Shown: piece after piece, positions 26,792-32,000 of the stretch
Position numbering within the stretch: position 1 is the first letter of the stretch
Layout of the letters: every line of letters starts with the position of its first letter
NCBI GenBank assembly: GCA_963698035.1
Contig: OY969114.1
Coordinates: 330,001-362,000, forward strand
Direction: 5' to 3'
DNA length: 32,000 bases
Source of the DNA: Candidatus Saccharimonadota bacterium
GTDB lineage: Archaea; Micrarchaeota; Micrarchaeia; Micrarchaeales; Micrarchaeaceae
The notes under the pieces: model-generated
The model's database searches: none
Seen by the model: only the letters and a program-made list of their open reading frames with translations
What the model was told of the DNA's origin: nothing
Program-made: the position numbers and the translations under genes

Positions 26792-27925
26792 TTACTTGCT
26801 GTCAGAGGGAGCTTTTGTGGAGGGGTTGGCGCCTTTTCCCTTCTTTATGTCGGAAAAGTACATCTGGAGCGCCGTGTCAAGGTATGGCATGTAGAGTATT
26901 CCCTCCACTTTGCCCCTTTTTATCACGACGGCCGTGTTTATCTCCTCCATCCGCATCATGTCTAGGGCATTGGAGAGCTTTTCTTTGTATGAAACCTCTG
27001 GAACGCTTGTGTTGAAAAGCGACGCTATGCTTGCCACGCTCTGCGTGCTTTTCGGGTGCATTCCAATCCTCTGCGTGGATAGTGCCATGACCTTCTTGCC
27101 GCTCTTGATGAGCACTATGCTGCTTCCCTTCTCCAGCATCTGCCTGTACAGCTCATTCAGCTTGGTGCTCCTGGTTACGAGTATGTAGTTCTTGCTGATC
27201 ATCTCGCCGGCGCTCATCCTTGATGTGTAGAGCTTTGTCTCCGCGTCCCGCATCTCCACCCTGGCGCCCTCGTAGAGGAAGAGCGCTATGAGCACGTCCC
27301 AGAAAATTACGAATTCCCTATACGTCATTGTCGCGTTGACCAGCAGTGCAGCGTATATGACGGTGCCTATCACAAGGGCGAGCAGTACAGCATAGCTCAC
27401 CCTGACGGCAATCTTTGTGGCGCTGTAGTAGTCGTGCTTGTTCTGCAGGTAGCTGCGCAACACTCTTCCTCCATCAAGCGGGAATCCGGGTAGCAGGTTG
27501 AAGACGCCGAGTAGCAGGTTTATCTCGAACAGGAAGAGGAGCCCCTGCTTGATAAGGCCTGCAGGCGCATATAGGTACAACGGCCAGAAGGCGATTCCGA
27601 GAAGTATGCTGGCGAGAGGCCCCCAGAGAGCAATCTTCATCTCAACCTTTGGGGAAACCTTGTGCAGGTCGATTATGGATGCTCCTCCAATTGGAAGCAG
27701 CACTATCCTCTTGACCTTTATCCCATTCCGTTTAGACACTATTGAATGCGCCAGTTCGTGGATGAGAACGCAGACGAATAGGAGTATTATCAAAAGGAAT
27801 AGGAAAAGGCCCTGAGTTGAGGTAAACAGGAAGAGGAATGCAAGAAATATGAGCGCAAGGAATGTCCAGTGTAGCTGTATCGTTATTCCCGCGATCTTTC
27901 CTATGTTGGGTGACAGGGAGACCAT
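26792..27925 (-). CDS. Site-2 protease family (peptidase M50) with C-terminal CBS-like domains
   Basis: HExxH (HELAHS) and NLLPGFPLDGG lie in a polytopic N-terminal half. The ~150-aa soluble C-terminal half has a tandem CBS-like pattern. Confidence 0.8.
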   Translation of the reverse strand: MVSLSPNIGKIAGITIQLHWTFLALIFLAFLFLFTSTQGLFLFLLIILLFVCVLIHELAHSIVSKRNGIKVKRIVLLPIGGASIIDLHKVSPKVEMKIALWGPLASILLGIAFWPLYLYAPAGLIKQGLLFLFEINLLLGVFNLLPGFPLDGGRVLRSYLQNKHDYYSATKIAVRVSYAVLLALVIGTVIYAALLVNATMTYREFVIFWDVLIALFLYEGARVEMRDAETKLYTSRMSAGEMISKNYILVTRSTKLNELYRQMLEKGSSIVLIKSGKKVMALSTQRIGMHPKSTQSVASIASLFNTSVPEVSYKEKLSNALDMMRMEEINTAVVIKRGKVEGILYMPYLDTALQMYFSDIKKGKGANPSTKAPSDSK

Positions 27926-27984
27926 TGCAGCACCACATATGAATCGAATGTAGACTTATTATTTGTTTATGCAGAAATGCAATT

Positions 27985-28737
27985 ATGGAAAAATATGAGG
28001 TTAGATTTCTTTACAAAAGCGCAGCGCTGTTATTGCATAGCCCCGGATTGAAACATATAGTTGTGGGGGACTTGCACATAGGCCTCGAAAGGAAGCTTGC
28101 AGAAAAGGGCGTGCGGCTGTATGGCGCAGCAGAGATGATGGCCGGGCAGCTAAGGCATCTGGCGGAATCGAACGGGACGAAGAGCATAATCATACTCGGT
28201 GACGTGAAGGAGAGCATACTCAACCCCGATGAAAGCGAGATTGCCGCGATAAGGCAGTTCTTCGATGTGCTCGCGGGCCTTGAGGTGCGCATAGCTGTGG
28301 GAAACCACGATGCCAGGCTTGAGAACTTCGTAAAGGAGCCGATAGCACCCGAGATACTGCTTGGCAATGCCGCGATGCTGCACGGGCACATGTGGCCTTC
28401 TGAAGAGGCCATGTCGAAGGACTACATAATAATAGCCCATAACCACGTTGCGGTAGCGTTCCGTGACGAGAATAATGCATTCTACAACCAGAAGGCGTGG
28501 CTGGTTGCAGCGCTTGATCCAGATGGTGCAAGGAAGAGATACAAGAAGTTCAACAGCGGTGCGAAACTTATAGTTATGCCTGCGTTCAACGACCTAATAA
28601 CCGGCAGAGCGGTCAATGATGTGGAAGACAACCACATAAATCCCCTTTTCAGGAACAGGATCTTCAATTATGAAAGCGCTACCGTATACTCGATGGACGG
28701 CAGTGTCCTTGGGACGCCTCTTTCGCTTAAAAAGTAG
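27985..28737 (+). CDS. Calcineurin-like metallophosphoesterase, paralog of 2591..3340
   Basis: 250 aa with motifs GDLHIG, LGDVKE, GNHD, MLHGH, AHNH. It is collinear by eye with the Lhr-linked MPE across all five motifs and the C-terminal L(I/V)V(M/L)PA block. Confidence 0.8.
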   Translation: MEKYEVRFLYKSAALLLHSPGLKHIVVGDLHIGLERKLAEKGVRLYGAAEMMAGQLRHLAESNGTKSIIILGDVKESILNPDESEIAAIRQFFDVLAGLEVRIAVGNHDARLENFVKEPIAPEILLGNAAMLHGHMWPSEEAMSKDYIIIAHNHVAVAFRDENNAFYNQKAWLVAALDPDGARKRYKKFNSGAKLIVMPAFNDLITGRAVNDVEDNHINPLFRNRIFNYESATVYSMDGSVLGTPLSLKK

Positions 28738-28794
28738 AAGGAGGTAAAACTATAGTCTTGCACGGCCTCTTACGACGACAGTATCACAAATATT

Positions 28795-28977
28795 TTACTC
28801 TTCCCTAAGTATGGTTATAGGAATTGAATCATTCTCGAACTCGAGCTCCGCAAGGTCTATCGGGTTTATGGTGCCCTCCGGAACCTTCACCAGTGGTGGC
28901 GCGCCAAATGCGAGCTGGAGCGCCCTTGCCCCTATTATCCTGGCCTTTTCGTATTTTGAGTAATGTATATCTTCCAT
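28795..28977 (-). CDS. rpoK: DNA-directed RNA polymerase subunit K (Rpb6 homolog)
   Basis: 60 aa with SKYEKARIIGARALQL..GAPPLV, the typical RpoK core. Confidence 0.85.
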   Translation of the reverse strand: MEDIHYSKYEKARIIGARALQLAFGAPPLVKVPEGTINPIDLAELEFENDSIPITILREE

Positions 28978-28986
28978 CTTATCACT

Positions 28987-30477
28987 TTATATCGGATTCG
29001 GCTTGAACCTCTCCTTCGCGTCCTTCATTTCGACATTTACCAGCTTCCTCCATGCATCAAACTGGCCTATGCTCTGCGGGTATTTCTTATATATTTCGTT
29101 GAGCTTCTTCATCTCCTTGACAACGTAGAGCAGGTTCTTAAATGCATTTATGTTGGAGGCTCCCTGCAGCATGAGCTTCGCTTTCTTCGCCAGGCTCAAT
29201 TTTGGGACTACTCCATAGCTCAGTTCCTCTGCCTCCTTCGCGGTCAGGAACATCCTCATCCCGTAGTTTATCGTGTCGTTGCTGAGCGACTGTAGGTATG
29301 TCCTGAAGACCTCAAGGCCGGCGGTCTTCTTGCCATATGCTTCATTGAAGTCGAGGTTGTACTGCCACAGGCCTTCTATGCTGACGTCCCCGTTCTTTAT
29401 GGCCCTTGCAGCATGCTCTCCCGCGAGTATCCCAGATACCAGTGCTGGTCCTATCCCTCCTGCGCTGATGGGGTTTGGCATCGCCATGCTGTCACCGGCG
29501 CCTATGTAGCCGTTGAAGACCAGGCAATCGAGCTGCCTTCTCACAGCGACAGACCAGTATCCCCTCCCGTTGTTATTGGCATTCATCAATCGAGGATTTT
29601 TTATTACGGGATTGTTCTTTACGTATTCATCTATGAGGCTATGCAGGGTGTCCTTCTTGTTCAGCTTCTTATTCCTTATCTCAAGGCTTTTCTTCTGGAC
29701 GCCGATGCCGATGTTCACGCAGCTGCCCTTCTTGGGGAAGACCCAGCCGTATCCTCCTGGCGCCCACTCCTGATTCAGGTGTATCAGCGCGTTCTTGGGG
29801 TCGTAGAACCTGTGGTCCTCGTGGTCTACGTCGAACTCGTATATGTACCTGCCTGTCGATTCCATGTCAGAAACATCAATTACCTTGTCAACATATGGAT
29901 TGTCGGGCAGCTTCCTCCTCAGGCTGGTTGCGACCCCCAAAGCGTCAACAACCACCTTGGCGCGCAGCTCCCTGTGCTGCATGTCCTTGTCCCTGCCGAA
30001 AATCCCCACCATGAAGTTGTTCTCTATTATCGGACCTTCGACCTCGAACTGCGGAATGTACTCCGCCCCGTCCTTCCTAGCTTCCTGCATCAGCTTGTAC
30101 TCGAACGCGGGCCTGTTGAGCACGTATCCCGCCCCTTCGAATGGTATTTTGTACTCAAGGTCGGGGGATATCACGAGCACGCCGTCGACCTTGACATCAA
30201 GCTCCGGATAATCAAAATTAATGCCGGTCTTTGACTTTATGAACTTTAGATGGACGTCTGCCACCGCATCTCCGCAGACCCAGCCCCAGTTGGTCTTCTT
30301 GCCGACCTCCTGCTCCTTGTTCCTATCGAGAAGTGCGACCTTCATGCCGTGCTTTGCCGCAAGTGCTGCCGCAAGTGACCCTGCCATGCCCGCCCCTGCG
30401 ACTATAACGTCATATTGTTCGTTCGCCATTGAAATGCACTTCGATAGCCTATGCTGCAATAAGTAGTCTCTTCTCAT
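28987..30477 (-). CDS. FAD-dependent geranylgeranyl reductase family oxidoreductase (archaeal lipid saturation)
   Basis: Rossmann motif YDVIVAGAGMAGS, then CGDAV and GDS motifs, collinear with GGR. The start is either 30477 or the ATG at 30429 (MANEQYDVIV). Confidence 0.8.
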   Translation of the reverse strand: MRRDYLLQHRLSKCISMANEQYDVIVAGAGMAGSLAAALAAKHGMKVALLDRNKEQEVGKKTNWGWVCGDAVADVHLKFIKSKTGINFDYPELDVKVDGVLVISPDLEYKIPFEGAGYVLNRPAFEYKLMQEARKDGAEYIPQFEVEGPIIENNFMVGIFGRDKDMQHRELRAKVVVDALGVATSLRRKLPDNPYVDKVIDVSDMESTGRYIYEFDVDHEDHRFYDPKNALIHLNQEWAPGGYGWVFPKKGSCVNIGIGVQKKSLEIRNKKLNKKDTLHSLIDEYVKNNPVIKNPRLMNANNNGRGYWSVAVRRQLDCLVFNGYIGAGDSMAMPNPISAGGIGPALVSGILAGEHAARAIKNGDVSIEGLWQYNLDFNEAYGKKTAGLEVFRTYLQSLSNDTINYGMRMFLTAKEAEELSYGVVPKLSLAKKAKLMLQGASNINAFKNLLYVVKEMKKLNEIYKKYPQSIGQFDAWRKLVNVEMKDAKERFKPNPI

Positions 30478-30553
30478 TATATTGTATTGGTGCCTATTTA
30501 AAATTTTGTATTTTGCGGAATTGCTGGTTGCTACGCTGCCCCGTAATAAAATA

Positions 30554-30658
30554 TGCAGGGGGAGAGATTTGAACTCTCGAAGGCGCTAACGCCACAGGAT
30601 CTTAAGTCCTGCCCATTTTTCTGTGGCTTGGAGCCAAACCAGATTCTGGAACCCCTGC
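30554..30658 (-). tRNA. tRNA-Leu (anticodon UAA), class II, with an ~18-nt insertion in the D-loop (candidate non-canonical intron)
   Basis: Minus strand: GCAGGGG-UU-CCA(G)..31-nt loop..(A)UGG-G-CAGGA-CUUAAGA-UCCUG-U-GGCGUUAGCGCC-UUC-GAGAG-UUCAAAU-CUCUC-CCCCUGC-A. It has a 7-bp acceptor stem, a 5-bp anticodon stem, U33, a long variable-arm hairpin and a T arm. Length is 105 nt against about 87 expected. CCA is not encoded. Confidence 0.85.
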
Positions 30659-30683
30659 ATATAGAAGCTACTTCAAATAAGCA

Positions 30684-30690
30684 ATATAAA
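30684..30690 (-). promoter_or_regulatory. TATA box for tRNA-Leu
   Basis: The minus strand has TTTATAT ending 25 nt upstream of tRNA nt 1, which is canonical archaeal spacing. A T-run (TATTTTATT) follows the tRNA 3' end. Confidence 0.55.
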
Positions 30691-30722
30691 TAGTTGTCTG
30701 GAGGGCTTTTAGTGGCACTGAG

Positions 30723-31469
30723 CTAGCCGTACATCGAGGGACCTTCGCTGCCTATCACCTTCCTGTGCGCGTCCTGCGAATCCCTGCCCTTCTTCAGTAT
30801 CTCCTGTATCTTCGTCTCTACCTCTTTTGACTCCTTTTCCAGCTCGGCGACGTCTATGTCGAGCTTGAGCAGCTTGTTTATGCTCTTTATCGCCAACTCC
30901 GCTGACTCGGGATTTATGAGCGTTGGATCGACCGGCACGAGCACATTTGTATCGGGGATGTCATCTAATGATGACCTGAGTAGCAGCAGCGCACTTATTC
31001 CTGTGGAGACCCCCTCCGAGATGGGCTTCAGCCCCGCCTTCTGCGCCTCCTTCAGTGTAGTGTCATTGGACGCCACCACGAACACTGTTTCTCCGTCGAT
31101 TTCCTTTGTGGGTATGCCGCCTATCGATATTATGCTGCTCATCTTGTTGGACTTAAAGAATTCATATACCTTGTCGCTCATGTCATTCATTATGTCTAGA
31201 GGGAGTGCAAACTCCGCAAAAAGCGCGGCTATCTTCTTCTTTTCAGAATAGTAAATCCTGACCGGGGGGAGGGGCCTGCTGTTGTGTATCGAGACTATGG
31301 GTGGGAACTTGTCGCTCTCCACATATCCTATGTATTGCATCTGCAGCTTGTCTATTATGTAGCTGACCGTCATCGGGCCAACGAGACCGACCCCGGGAAG
31401 GCCTTCTATCAGTATGGCGCCTTTAAGGTTAGCATCGCCTATGAGTCTTATCTCCATCCTCTTACCCAT
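30723..31469 (-). CDS. PAC2-family proteasome assembly chaperone (PbaA/PbaB-like)
   Basis: 248 aa with N-terminal LIEGLPGVGLVG typical of the PAC2 family. The extreme C-terminus is ...SMYG*, matching the HbYX (hydrophobic-Tyr-X) proteasome-docking motif. Confidence 0.7.
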   Translation of the reverse strand: MGKRMEIRLIGDANLKGAILIEGLPGVGLVGPMTVSYIIDKLQMQYIGYVESDKFPPIVSIHNSRPLPPVRIYYSEKKKIAALFAEFALPLDIMNDMSDKVYEFFKSNKMSSIISIGGIPTKEIDGETVFVVASNDTTLKEAQKAGLKPISEGVSTGISALLLLRSSLDDIPDTNVLVPVDPTLINPESAELAIKSINKLLKLDIDVAELEKESKEVETKIQEILKKGRDSQDAHRKVIGSEGPSMYG

Positions 31470-31585
31470 TTTGATTCTGTAACAAAAATATAATAATGTG
31501 CTACAATGACTAGACTTGCATTTTTCTGATGATACACCGACGATAGATATTTAAGTCTTCTCGTCGTAGTTACATCGGTGAAACC

Positions 31586-31810
31586 ATGGCTCAAAGAATA
31601 GGAAGCGAGAGAGTGGGTAGGGAAGATGGTTATCTTTACTACCTAGGAAAGGACGGATACGTATGGCGCACCCCAATGAGGACCAACACAAGAGGAAGGA
31701 AGGCGAAGGTTGGAGACGAGAAGGTAAAGAGACAGGAAGGCTACCTTTATTTCCTCGACAAGGGCGGATACGTAGCACGTGCGAAGATGAACAGGAGGGG
31801 CAGGAGATAG
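31586..31810 (+). CDS. Small basic protein made of two tandem ~30-aa repeats (function unknown)
   Basis: 74 aa. Repeat 1 is REDGYLYYLGKDGYVWRTPM and repeat 2 is RQEGYLYFLDKGGYVARAKM, each followed by an R/K-rich linker. An A/T box (ATATTTAA, 31546-31553) lies ~33 nt upstream. Confidence 0.6.
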   Translation: MAQRIGSERVGREDGYLYYLGKDGYVWRTPMRTNTRGRKAKVGDEKVKRQEGYLYFLDKGGYVARAKMNRRGRR

Positions 31811-31846
31811 TTACTGACTCTCATCTTTTTGTGTTGCAGGAGAAGG

Positions 31847-32000
31847 CTAAAGGCTGAATTCTGCAACATCTTTTATTTTTATCCCGTTCCTTTTTACAAA
31901 TCCGTCTCTAAGCTCTATCACGTATTTTGCATCCTTGCTGGAGGCATAAATTTTGCAGTTGATTGACATGCAAGGCTGCATGCTCTCCTCAATGTGGACA
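31847..32000 (-). CDS. 3' end of an unidentified gene running off the window
   Basis: The frame is open from the window edge to TAG at 31847-31849 (…CMSINCKIYASSKDAKYVIELRDGFVKRNGIKIKDVAEFSL*). Codon usage resembles its neighbours. I recognise no family. Confidence 0.4.
   Translation of the reverse strand, partial: VHIEESMQPCMSINCKIYASSKDAKYVIELRDGFVKRNGIKIKDVAEFSL

Noticed and set aside
29413-30234. 273-aa plus-strand ORF, and similar ones at 1933..2505(-), 13133..13783(+) and 10506..11077(+)
   Set aside because: All are antisense to well-supported genes (GGR, Lhr, PolX, DP1) and match no family I recognise. Shadow ORFs.
30478-30722. tRNA-Leu as an integration site for a mobile element
   Set aside because: Both flanks are housekeeping genes (GGR and PAC2). 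There is no integrase, and I noticed no direct repeat of the tRNA 3' half in the window.
1-32000. CRISPR arrays, transposases, toxin-antitoxin pairs, restriction-modification or other defence islands
   Set aside because: No repeat-spacer periodicity and no ORF with the relevant motifs. Every ORF longer than 60 aa that is not a shadow ORF is accounted for by housekeeping or small hypothetical genes.

Overview
Archaeal chromosomal segment with about 31 protein genes and 1 tRNA. It is almost entirely housekeeping and very tightly packed: abutting convergent stops, 4-nt overlaps, and no intergenic region longer than about 185 nt. The archaeal call rests on PolD (DP1+DP2), FEN1, aEF-2, L7Ae/S28e/L24e/L30e, RpoK, deoxyhypusine synthase, aMBF1 and a geranylgeranyl reductase. 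PolD plus FtsZ argue against Crenarchaeota. The packing, r-protein tails and an odd tRNA fit a small-genome (DPANN/Micrarchaeota-like) lineage, but that placement is inference only. Gene order: Lhr helicase + metallophosphoesterase (MPE), M50 protease, MBF1, FEN1, PolD DP2/DP1, UPF0147, ferritin-VIT1, PolX-PHP, a hypothetical protein, DHS, FtsZ, L24e-S28e-L7Ae, EF-2-S7-S12-L30e, signal peptidase, SMC, M50-CBS protease, a second MPE, RpoK, GGR, tRNA-Leu, PAC2 chaperone, and a small repeat protein. I found no CRISPR array, transposase, integrase, toxin-antitoxin pair or recognisable defence module, and no convincing novel multi-gene system. The main observations are: (1) a 1.9-kb block (about 19.8-21.7 kb) where rps12, rps7 and the 5' part of fusA carry about 20 single-nt indels while the other ~30 kb reads cleanly; (2) a tRNA-Leu(UAA) with an ~18-nt hairpin insertion in the D-loop, a candidate non-canonical intron; (3) one frameshift splitting the Lhr helicase; (4) low-complexity tails on L7Ae and possibly S7; (5) two MPE paralogs, each next to an M50 protease paralog; (6) several small or uncharacterised ORFs.
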